The notes beneath the pieces are model-generated. The model did no database searches, was not told where the DNA came from, and worked only from the letters and a program-made list of their open reading frames with translations. From an uncultured virus (IMG/VR IMGVR_UViG_3300027805_000013) (lineage: Duplodnaviria; Heunggongvirae; Uroviricota; Caudoviricetes), in IMG/VR virus record IMGVR_UViG_3300027805_000013: a stretch of DNA of 20,000 nucleotides; one strand, written 5' to 3'. Of this stretch, positions 7,569 through 14,520 are shown one piece after another. The translations under genes and the position numbers were made by a program. The first letter of the stretch is position 1. Every line of letters starts with the position of its first letter.

Positions 7569-7864
7569 AGGTTCATCTCTTTCTTTATAAACTGAATTGC
7601 TTTTTCGTAATGGTAACGCCAATATTTTTCACTAACATCCATATCTTTGTAATTCATTCCATTTAAAAAAGCATCGACTATTTGCTTTTCTTTTGGAGGC
7701 ATGCGTTCATCTATTATACGACGAATGTCAATTAAATCGTCTACATCCCACGGCAGCCAACCATCGCCTTGAAAACTGGATACAGAATCAAAATCGTCTT
7801 GTTCTAGTGGATCGATTTCTTCGTCCGATAATCTGGCTCTGCTGGCGTTTAATATTAATCTCAT
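7565..7864 (-). CDS. Sigma70 region 4-like HTH protein (stand-alone)
   Basis: 99 aa; an acidic N-terminal half is followed by DIRRIIDERMPPKEKQIVDAFLNGMNYKDMDVSEKYWRYHYEKAIQFIKKEM, matching the L-x3-E-R/K-x-I/V...G-x-S/N-Y-x-E/D...A-h-x2-h-K/R pattern of sigma4. ATGA overlap with the SNF2 stop. Confidence 0.55.
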   Translation of the reverse strand: MRLILNASRARLSDEEIDPLEQDDFDSVSSFQGDGWLPWDVDDLIDIRRIIDERMPPKEKQIVDAFLNGMNYKDMDVSEKYWRYHYEKAIQFIKKEMNL

Positions 7865-9189
7865 TTCAATGCTTCCATTAATGCATCCTGAATCGTTATT
7901 TTGTTATCTAATACTTTCATAACCTGTTCGTCTACCGATTTCTCGACACAGAGGTGATGAATAATGACTGGTTTCTCTTGCCCTTGGCGGTAGATCCTTG
8001 CGTTGGCTTGGATATAGTTTTCACTAGACCAGGGGAGATCGTACCAAACAGTCTGCGCTGTTTCACCCGCATTGCATTGGAGGTTAATACCAATTCCTCC
8101 CGACTGTGGGTGTGCAAGCAAGACTCTAATTTTACCATCTCGCCACGCTTGAATGTTGGAATCAGTAAGCACAACGGCCTCTGGAAACGCATTCCGAATT
8201 CGTTCCAGCGAATGTTTGAAGTGATAAAATACCAAGGTCGGGGAAGAAGTCTCTTCCAAGATCGACTCGAGGCATTCCAACTTAGCCGTATGCACTTCTT
8301 GCCAACTCCCGTCCTCTGCATAAACTGCGCCACTTGTGAACTGTAATAGTTTTCCTGTGAGCGTTGCTGCGGTGGATGCGGTGACTGTCTGTCCCTTGAT
8401 TTCTGTAACCATATCTTTTTTGAGCGCATCATATTTGTAACGTATTTGTTCCGTTATCCCCACTTTATGTAACGTATATGTTACCGTAGGCAGTTCCAAA
8501 TAATCTTTGGCTTTCAGACTAAAACAGATATCTGAGATTGTTTCTGTGATTATTTGATCTGCTCCCTTATTTAATTCCCAATTATAAATTACACCGGTAT
8601 GCGGATTTCTTTTGCCTGGGCGCATATACTTCGTTCTAAACTTAGTAAGGCTGGTTTCCAATCGTTGTCCTAAATCCAAAATACCTACCTGTGACCACAG
8701 ATCAGCCATCCCTTGGGGTGTCGGTGTGCCTGTTAGAATAATGCGCCTCTCGAAGTTCTTTAAGTGTTTCTTCAAGGCTTTGAATCTTTTCGTCGAAGGA
8801 TCTTTGAAGCGACTCGACTCGTCGATTATCAGATTGTTGAATTGCATCTTTGGTTGATCCAACAACCAAATCAAGTTCTCGAGATTGACTAAGTACACGT
8901 TCGAAGAACTCTTCAACGCTGCCAACCGTTGACTCGGTGTGCCCAGTATCTTTGCTATCTTTAGGTGTTTTAGGTGTTCCCATTTCTGTGTTTCTTCTTG
9001 CCATACGGTCTCCGCTACTCGTTTAGGTGCAATTATTAAAGTCGTTCCCTTAAATTGTTCTGCAATGATCGTCAATGTTGTTGCCGTTTTACCAAGACCT
9101 GGTTCAAGAAATAGTCCCATGCTAGGCACAAACTTGGCTTTCTCAATGATGTCTTTTTGATAATTGTGTAGATTTTTTCTTGATAGCAT
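7861..9189 (-). CDS. SNF2-family (superfamily 2) helicase
   Basis: 442 aa with HNYQ, PGLGKT (Walker A), IIDES (Walker B), LTGTP, GIGINLQ and QANARIYRQGQ. Confidence 0.93.
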   Translation of the reverse strand: MLSRKNLHNYQKDIIEKAKFVPSMGLFLEPGLGKTATTLTIIAEQFKGTTLIIAPKRVAETVWQEETQKWEHLKHLKIAKILGTPSQRLAALKSSSNVYLVNLENLIWLLDQPKMQFNNLIIDESSRFKDPSTKRFKALKKHLKNFERRIILTGTPTPQGMADLWSQVGILDLGQRLETSLTKFRTKYMRPGKRNPHTGVIYNWELNKGADQIITETISDICFSLKAKDYLELPTVTYTLHKVGITEQIRYKYDALKKDMVTEIKGQTVTASTAATLTGKLLQFTSGAVYAEDGSWQEVHTAKLECLESILEETSSPTLVFYHFKHSLERIRNAFPEAVVLTDSNIQAWRDGKIRVLLAHPQSGGIGINLQCNAGETAQTVWYDLPWSSENYIQANARIYRQGQEKPVIIHHLCVEKSVDEQVMKVLDNKITIQDALMEALK

Positions 9190-9577
9190 TTAATACTTCT
9201 TTTGTTCGTTCGTGTAACCAGTCTGCCACATCATACAATTCTCTTTCTGTTGCGTCGTTTTTAATCGAATTGGCTCGATTAGAAATAAAAACTACATTGT
9301 GTTTAACATAACCCAACTCTGGAATAATACGATCCAATGACGGACATTCTGATATTTTTTTTCTTCCGTTATATCTTCCCCAAACAAATTTTGTTTTAAA
9401 GATAGGGCATTCGTTTGTGGTAATTGATTCCAAATAATCTAAATCCAAATCAAAATCTAATTTTTTCTTTTTGGCTCTTACCTTTGCGTTTGCTAATAAC
9501 TTACCAACATGACCACGCTTTGTTTTAACATATGCCTCAACATTTCTTCTATTCTTTAATATTTTTGATGAAGTCAT
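9143..9577 (-). CDS. HNH-like (beta-beta-alpha-Me) endonuclease, possibly free-standing homing type
   Basis: AKVRAKKKKLDFDL...CPIF...PSLDRIIPELGYVKHNVVFISNRANSIKND. The likely start is ATG 9577 with GAGG 6 nt upstream (track start 9625). Confidence 0.7.
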   Translation of the reverse strand: MTSSKILKNRRNVEAYVKTKRGHVGKLLANAKVRAKKKKLDFDLDLDYLESITTNECPIFKTKFVWGRYNGRKKISECPSLDRIIPELGYVKHNVVFISNRANSIKNDATERELYDVADWLHERTKEVLNAIKKKSTQLSKRHH

Positions 9578-9827
9578 CGATATCCTCTTTTGATCGTAAT
9601 ATGTGAACTGGAAATCCAGCCTCACCTAATTCATCAAATATCAGTATCTGTCTTGGGCTTAGTTTCCCCTCCGCTGTCTTTAGTTCTACTAGAAATATCT
9701 TTTGGTTTAAGATCACGATTCGATCTGGCACCCCCGTTATTGAACTCAACCATTTGTAACAAAGCCCCGATGATTTTTTGATTGACTTTGTCAGATACGC
9801 CTCGATTTCCTTTTCCAGCACAGACAT
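9549..9827 (-). CDS. VRR-NUC domain nuclease
   Basis: 92 aa with EKEIE, GVPDRIV, VELK and GKLSPRQ; the usual neighbour of phage SNF2 helicases. Confidence 0.88.
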   Translation of the reverse strand: MSVLEKEIEAYLTKSIKKSSGLCYKWLSSITGVPDRIVILNQKIFLVELKTAEGKLSPRQILIFDELGEAGFPVHILRSKEDIDDFIKNIKE

Positions 9828-10209
9828 AGTTTTTTATGCCTTCCATAATGTGATTAAAAATAAACTCGGTTAAATATGCTCGGGTTTCTTCCCCCGGCGT
9901 TTCTTCACCAACTAAATCAAACACCCGTTGAGCTGCGTGGGTTGACTCGTGGCACACAGTCGATGCCAGATAGAAATCATTATTGGGATCAATCATCTGT
10001 TCTAAATCCAAAATGACAATGATCATAGGATGTTTTACATCGGTGATGTAATGTGTTTCAGCGACATTCTCATGATCTAACGCAACCACTTTTTGAAAAA
10101 TGTTGTTGTCTTTTAGAATGTTCCTAAAATCTTTTTCAGTAAAGCACAACTTTAAATCCGCAGCGGGAAATAGTGGTACTTCTATCTTATAGTATGGTGG
10201 TTTTTTCAT
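9634..10209 (-). CDS. HExxH (zincin-like) domain protein
   Basis: 191 aa with VCHESTHAA followed by EETRAYL; the 3' 194 nt overlap VRR-NUC. Confidence 0.6.
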   Translation of the reverse strand: MKKPPYYKIEVPLFPAADLKLCFTEKDFRNILKDNNIFQKVVALDHENVAETHYITDVKHPMIIVILDLEQMIDPNNDFYLASTVCHESTHAAQRVFDLVGEETPGEETRAYLTEFIFNHIMEGIKNYVCAGKGNRGVSDKVNQKIIGALLQMVEFNNGGARSNRDLKPKDISSRTKDSGGETKPKTDTDI

Positions 10210-10283
10210 TTAAAGCCACCACTCAAAAATACAATCAATATGATGCCAATTAATGTTAAGCCGATCATTTCAATTTTGCTCAT
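10206..10283 (-). CDS. Single-pass membrane microprotein (25 aa)
   Basis: MSKIEMIGLTLIGIILIVFLSGGFK exactly fills the gap, with a TAATG overlap upstream and an ATGA overlap downstream. Confidence 0.55.
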   Translation of the reverse strand: MSKIEMIGLTLIGIILIVFLSGGFK

Positions 10284-12592
10284 TAGAAAATCTCCTCTTC
10301 ATCAAATAGAGTTTGTTTGTCAATAAACGCTTGTGCCTTCTCTGTTAATCTAACGCCAGTGTATTTGTGTTGTCTTTTACCATCGATACGAATTGCCGAT
10401 GCAGTAACTCCCTTGTCTTGTGTGGCTGCAAGGAATCGTCTCTTGAACGACAGATCATTGCCTGGGTTTAGTCCATGCTTGACTGCCCACCGCTTAAAGC
10501 ACAAGAATACATGATCTTTATCTACTTCACTCATGGCATCGTACTCCAATACTTGATCAACGAATGATCCGATTGGATTAGACATCTCTTCCATGGTTTC
10601 AAGCAGTTCTTTGCCTGTCGTGGGTTGTACAAAATAACCACCACGCTCAACCCGTCTGCGTAACCCAGCCATCGCCCAGTTAAAAATGCCCGACAACTCT
10701 TTCATTAGTTTGCTGCTCAGTGCCGTATCCTCTTTGCCATAGAATGATTTGCTCATCTTTAGCACCACCATACGGCCAGTCAACGCATTACTGGATTCTG
10801 ATAATTGCAACACCTCGTTAGAATAAATTACGATTCTGGTCGGGAGGTATCCGTTCCACGAGTCTTTGTTTTTCCGATTGACAGTAACCGTATCACCGCC
10901 CACGATCCGCAACAACTGAGAAACAACAGCACCTCGATCTCTGTCAGGCGCTCTCGCATCAGTAAAAGAAGCGAGGAGCTTACCAAGCCAAGGTTGGAGA
11001 CCAAACGTATCACATAACTCTCCTAACTCTGGTGCTACAGTATTGTGTTGTCCTAACAATTCAACCAGCACCTTGTTGATTGTTCCCTTACCCGATCTAC
11101 GGGGACCGATGATGTTGAAGAATTTCTGTTGGCTTGTATCGCCTGATAAAACATAACCAAATATCTCTTGAAGACAATCGATTGATTCTTGATCGTGTTC
11201 CCATAAATCATTTAAGAAGGTTTCCCATAACGGGCACTTAGCATTTGGATCGTATGGAAATGGCAAACTGTTCTGTGTAAAGAAACCCAACGAGTGTGGC
11301 AGTAACACATTGTCTTCCAAGTGAAACAAACCATTTTCTAAACTAACCAGTTTGTTTGCCTCTGGTCTGTTGGCGCTATACCCTTGCAGCCATACTGGCG
11401 GTCTTGTGTTGGCGTGATTGGGTAAGTGCACTAGGGCTTTGATTGCATCCATAGCGCCGCTCACGCTTGCCGGGTTAGGTGAGAACGGCACAATGTTGCC
11501 CTTCTTATCTTGGCGTTTGCACTTATCTAAGAACTTATACACTTCGGAGCGAACTGTGCCGTCTTCTATTTCGGCATAGTGCGTGCCGCGATACGAATAG
11601 AAATCATTCACATAATGCACCAACTTAATTCCCTCTTCTGAAGAAAACTTAGTGTCTAGAAATGTCTGAGCGTTCTCCATGGGTGCTAAAGAGAGAATGA
11701 CATCCCCCTTTGCCAATGCCTCGGTTCTATTGTTGTACGACAGTTTAAAGATCAGCGTGCGTAGTGTCGCACCGCCACCCTTCTTGCTAAATGTCTTCCA
11801 CTTTGATTCACAGGCGTTGCTTGAATAACTGGAGACACTGCCGTCCCCATATGACCAGCGATCCCATGCCTCACACGCCTCAAGATCGCCTTGGAACTGG
11901 TGGTGTAGGCACATCCCAATCTGTAACCAATCGGTGTATCCGCAGTTTGGATCAAACTGTGGCAACAATTCTGATTCTACTTTTGCGAGATCCCAACCAT
12001 CGAGCGGTGGGTTGTAATCAGCAAACGCATCACCCGATGCCCGAACTGTACGCTCTGGAATAAGGTGGGTAAGATCTTGCATGGTGGTGGGTAGATCACC
12101 ACTTAACTTGTGTCCTGTAACAGTAAAGTATCTGCCTTTGGGGTAGATCTCTAAACCCTTGTCGTGATCAACGTGAGCACCTTGTAGATCCGCTATGGTA
12201 AATATCTTTACCCCCGTGCCTGACGGGCTGATCTCTTTGTAGCCTTCAATTTTGTTGAATATGTCACACAATTCTTGGTTGGTAAACTCGTTGACGGCAT
12301 CATCGTAGCAGTCGTCCAAGTCCACCCCAATGATGTGATCGTCCGCAGTAAACACAAAGCCCACGCCATCAAATAGCCCGGTGAGGTAGGCTTTCTCAAC
12401 GCTTAGAAAGTCTGTCCATGTATCGGGGTTAGTTGAACTAGCAGCCTTGCCCGATGGCTGGACGGGTAGTTTTGACCACCGCTGTGTATCGCCCTCACCA
12501 ATGAGGACATAGTTCCACAATGTCCATCGTGGCACTGAGCGAAGACTTAGGGGTATGTTTTGGAATAGTACTGGTAATGCTTTCGGTTTCAT
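10283..12592 (-). CDS. Primase-polymerase (NrS-1/AEP-like) + PriCT-2 + D5/P4-type SF3 helicase
   Basis: 769 aa. N-terminal W..W...KLP...PDTW.DF, GVDLDDC, EISPSGTG, EIY.KGRYFTVTG; middle YTDWLQIGMCLHH..WDRWS; C-terminal Walker A GPRRSGKGT. Confidence 0.9.
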   Translation of the reverse strand: MKPKALPVLFQNIPLSLRSVPRWTLWNYVLIGEGDTQRWSKLPVQPSGKAASSTNPDTWTDFLSVEKAYLTGLFDGVGFVFTADDHIIGVDLDDCYDDAVNEFTNQELCDIFNKIEGYKEISPSGTGVKIFTIADLQGAHVDHDKGLEIYPKGRYFTVTGHKLSGDLPTTMQDLTHLIPERTVRASGDAFADYNPPLDGWDLAKVESELLPQFDPNCGYTDWLQIGMCLHHQFQGDLEACEAWDRWSYGDGSVSSYSSNACESKWKTFSKKGGGATLRTLIFKLSYNNRTEALAKGDVILSLAPMENAQTFLDTKFSSEEGIKLVHYVNDFYSYRGTHYAEIEDGTVRSEVYKFLDKCKRQDKKGNIVPFSPNPASVSGAMDAIKALVHLPNHANTRPPVWLQGYSANRPEANKLVSLENGLFHLEDNVLLPHSLGFFTQNSLPFPYDPNAKCPLWETFLNDLWEHDQESIDCLQEIFGYVLSGDTSQQKFFNIIGPRRSGKGTINKVLVELLGQHNTVAPELGELCDTFGLQPWLGKLLASFTDARAPDRDRGAVVSQLLRIVGGDTVTVNRKNKDSWNGYLPTRIVIYSNEVLQLSESSNALTGRMVVLKMSKSFYGKEDTALSSKLMKELSGIFNWAMAGLRRRVERGGYFVQPTTGKELLETMEEMSNPIGSFVDQVLEYDAMSEVDKDHVFLCFKRWAVKHGLNPGNDLSFKRRFLAATQDKGVTASAIRIDGKRQHKYTGVRLTEKAQAFIDKQTLFDEEEIF

Positions 12593-12610
12593 CTGTTTTC
12601 CTTTGCTCTT

Positions 12611-12627
12611 CTACTTATGCAAATTTT
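12611..12627 (-). promoter_or_regulatory. Conserved intergenic motif, copy 3 (candidate phage promoter)
   Basis: Minus strand AAAATTTGCATAAGTAG (16/17 identity to copies 1 and 2), 18 nt before the primase ATG and its AAGGA RBS. Confidence 0.65.
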
Positions 12628-12731
12628 GCCCTACTTTTTCAATTTTCTTTATATCTTTTAGTAATAAGCATATAACTAAAAGTAATCATTATCCACAGTA
12701 TCCACAGTAGCCATTTTCTAAAAAGTCATAT

Positions 12732-12747
12732 TGCGGCGCACCATTTT
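12732..12747. repeat. 16-bp direct repeat copy 1 (TGCGGCGCACCATTTT; PhaR-box-like)
   Basis: Identical to 12909-12924. Confidence 0.7.
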
Positions 12748-12908
12748 TGCTAAAAACCACTATAGGTAGTAGTTCCAAGGGTGTTTACCTACTGCAAATC
12801 CATAGTATCCATAGTATCCATAGTATTTCTGAATTATTTTATTTTTATTTTAATACTAAGAATCGAGCTAGGGGTAAAGTGCAAAATTACTGTGGATACT
12901 ATGGATAC

Positions 12909-12924
12909 TGCGGCGCACCATTTT
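12909..12924. repeat. 16-bp direct repeat copy 2 (TGCGGCGCACCATTTT; PhaR-box-like)
   Basis: Identical to 12732-12747; abuts the inverted iteron array. Confidence 0.7.
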
Positions 12925-13018
12925 GTACGAAAAGGCAGCATTTTGTCCATAATACGCAACAAACGGGCTTTACAGGCATTATTTTGACTGTTATGAAGGG
13001 TAGGCCACACCCACCATG

Positions 13019-13042
13019 AAAAAACGCCCCACAGGGCGTTTT
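13019..13042 (-). terminator. Rho-independent terminator (potentially bidirectional) closing the early operon before the origin
   Basis: AAAAAACGCCC-CACA-GGGCGTTTT; on the minus strand the hairpin is followed by T6, immediately after the stop of 13041..13232. Confidence 0.75.
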
Positions 13043-13232
13043 AGCAAGGCTCATGACTGTGCGCTCGTATTTGTCTGTTTACCCATTGGCGAAACTCCAC
13101 ACGATTGTCGTGGGTCTGTTCGTCCCTAGCATCCCAAAGAGCATCAAATAGGTGCTCGTCATTTTCCAAAGTAACCTCAATCTTAGTGAGGTTACCCTCT
13201 TTATCAAAAATCTCTACTTGTCGTGCTTTCAT
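13041..13232 (-). CDS. Hypothetical protein
   Basis: 63-aa ORF, ATGA overlap upstream, terminator downstream. Confidence 0.7.
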   Translation of the reverse strand: MKARQVEIFDKEGNLTKIEVTLENDEHLFDALWDARDEQTHDNRVEFRQWVNRQIRAHSHEPC

Positions 13233-13459
13233 TTAATTCCATGCCTCCGTTCTATTGCTCTGGCAAACGCCATGATGTCGCCTTCCGTTTGCATTCTAAT
13301 TCCAATAATCTCTTGATCTGTAAGGGGTTTTGACTTGTAGATTCCGTATAAAACTGGCTTTGGCTCCGTGACTACGGCGTCCTCGTAACCTGGTTGGTAC
13401 GGTGCCTCTACCACATAATTTGGTTTGTTGCCAGTGTATGTCTTTACTGGTTTATTCAT
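13229..13459 (-). CDS. Hypothetical protein (LTDxE...FARAI family)
   Basis: 76 aa, ATGA overlaps, C-terminal PLTDQEI...FARAIERRHGIK. Confidence 0.7.
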   Translation of the reverse strand: MNKPVKTYTGNKPNYVVEAPYQPGYEDAVVTEPKPVLYGIYKSKPLTDQEIIGIRMQTEGDIMAFARAIERRHGIK

Positions 13460-13725
13460 TTCTCACTCGCTTTCTTTAATCCTTCAGTATATCCAATCTC
13501 ATACCCACCTTGGTGTGCCATAGCCTCGTGATGACTGCATTTATCTAATTGGTTTTCCAATGTTGCTATTCGGTCTAAATACTTTTTTTCCCATATCTCC
13601 ATATTTTTTATTTTTTCTGCTTGTTGGCGTAGCATATCCTTAACTTCTTTACAGTAATCACGATTGTTATTTGGGTTCATCCAAACATAGTTTTCTAATT
13701 CATCTGCTAATTCGTATGCGTTCAT
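13456..13725 (-). CDS. Hypothetical protein (MNAYELAD...MLRQQ family)
   Basis: 89 aa, ATGA overlaps, coiled-coil-like. Confidence 0.7.
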   Translation of the reverse strand: MNAYELADELENYVWMNPNNNRDYCKEVKDMLRQQAEKIKNMEIWEKKYLDRIATLENQLDKCSHHEAMAHQGGYEIGYTEGLKKASEK

Positions 13726-13937
13726 TTCTCTTGTGCCTTTTTTAGTATTGCTCTAGCAAATTCTAAGTATCCAAATCTTTCACCGCTTAAAGTCATGTGA
13801 ATATGCTTCGTAGCTATTTCTTTTACTTCTTCATCTGTTAAATCTTTTATTTGTGGTGAACAAGTATGAATAGAATCGCCTGTAACTCTTTTGCCACAAT
13901 CTAAACACGCAGTCCACACTACTGGTTCATTGTTCAT
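13722..13937 (-). CDS. Hypothetical protein (CxxC..HxC; LTDEE...FARAI family)
   Basis: 71 aa with CLDCG...HTC and DLTDEEV...FARAILKKAQEK. Confidence 0.7.
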   Translation of the reverse strand: MNNEPVVWTACLDCGKRVTGDSIHTCSPQIKDLTDEEVKEIATKHIHMTLSGERFGYLEFARAILKKAQEK

Positions 13938-14141
13938 TTATTTCTTTCGTCTTTTAATTTCTCGGTTTATATACCAGATTGCCTTCTCTAAATCTTCAAT
14001 GGCATCGTCCTTTAGATCAGCACGCCAAACATACTTAATTGCATTACCCAAACAAAACCCCATGTGTTCGGTAATTTGAATGCAATCGATGCCGCTGGGG
14101 TGTGAGGTGTAGTGTTTTGGGTTGTTGACATTGTCGTTCAT
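13938..14141 (-). CDS. DUF3310 protein (T7 gp1.7 nucleotide-kinase-like)
   Basis: VNNPKHYT..SGIDCIQI....GFCLGNAIKYVWRA..K...EDLEKAIWYI signature. Confidence 0.85.
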   Translation of the reverse strand: MNDNVNNPKHYTSHPSGIDCIQITEHMGFCLGNAIKYVWRADLKDDAIEDLEKAIWYINREIKRRKK

Positions 14142-14311
14142 GGTTTAAGTCTTTCCCATATCTCTGCTAAGGGCATGGAGCGGATGTGCATCCACCCAAA
14201 GTATACGCAAGCAAACATGATAAACAAAAAGAAACCAAACACGGCAGCAAAGATAATCACCGCAAATGCGGTGATTACCAAAACAAGTAAATTCATTATT
14301 GAGTAAATCAT
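14138..14311 (-). CDS. Small membrane protein
   Basis: Track ORF 14138..14347; the likelier start is ATG 14311 (TAATG overlap). Long hydrophobic stretch. Confidence 0.65.
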   Translation of the reverse strand: MIYSIMNLLVLVITAFAVIIFAAVFGFFLFIMFACVYFGWMHIRSMPLAEIWERLKP

Positions 14312-14520
14312 TATTTCATTGCCTCCACAATTCCTTGATCTAGGCATCGTAACATACGCTCTAGAGTCTCTTTGAGATCTTCTACACTCTCACCACTCAC
14401 ACGAATACCATCTTGGGTGTGAGCATAAATTGATCCGTCTTCGTTGTAATAGACTTCGCAAACCGCATACCAATCGTCACCATCTTCTGTAAACTTCACC
14501 ACTCGATGATTCCAAGTCAT
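14311..14520 (-). CDS. Conserved hypothetical phage protein (MTWNHRV...EVYY..DG family)
   Basis: 69 aa, ATGA overlap with the methyltransferase stop. Confidence 0.75.
   Translation of the reverse strand: MTWNHRVVKFTEDGDDWYAVCEVYYNEDGSIYAHTQDGIRVSGESVEDLKETLERMLRCLDQGIVEAMK

Larger units (their letters stand above)
12689..12924. repeat. Putative replication origin: 9-bp ATCCAYAGT iterons in direct and inverted arrays around an AT-rich core
   Basis: ATCCACAGT x2 (12691-12708), ATCCATAGT x3 (12798-12824), an AT-rich tract (about 12825-12860), then inverted ACTGTGGAT-ACTATGGAT (12889-12906). It is the largest non-coding gap and sits directly upstream of the primase-helicase. Confidence 0.7.

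Noticed and set aside
12689..12924. Repeats as a CRISPR or mini-array
   Set aside because: The units are 9-bp tandem iterons without spacers, and the 16-bp repeat occurs only twice.
12747..13019. Plus-strand ORFs over the origin region (IHSIHSIHS / IVSIVSIV)
   Set aside because: The peptide repeats are just translations of the 9-bp iterons, and the ORFs run opposite to all real genes.
3219..13032. Both terminators share AAAAAACGCCCCAC (14 bp)
   Set aside because: A-tract plus GC-stem similarity is expected among intrinsic terminators. There is no evidence of a mobile repeat.
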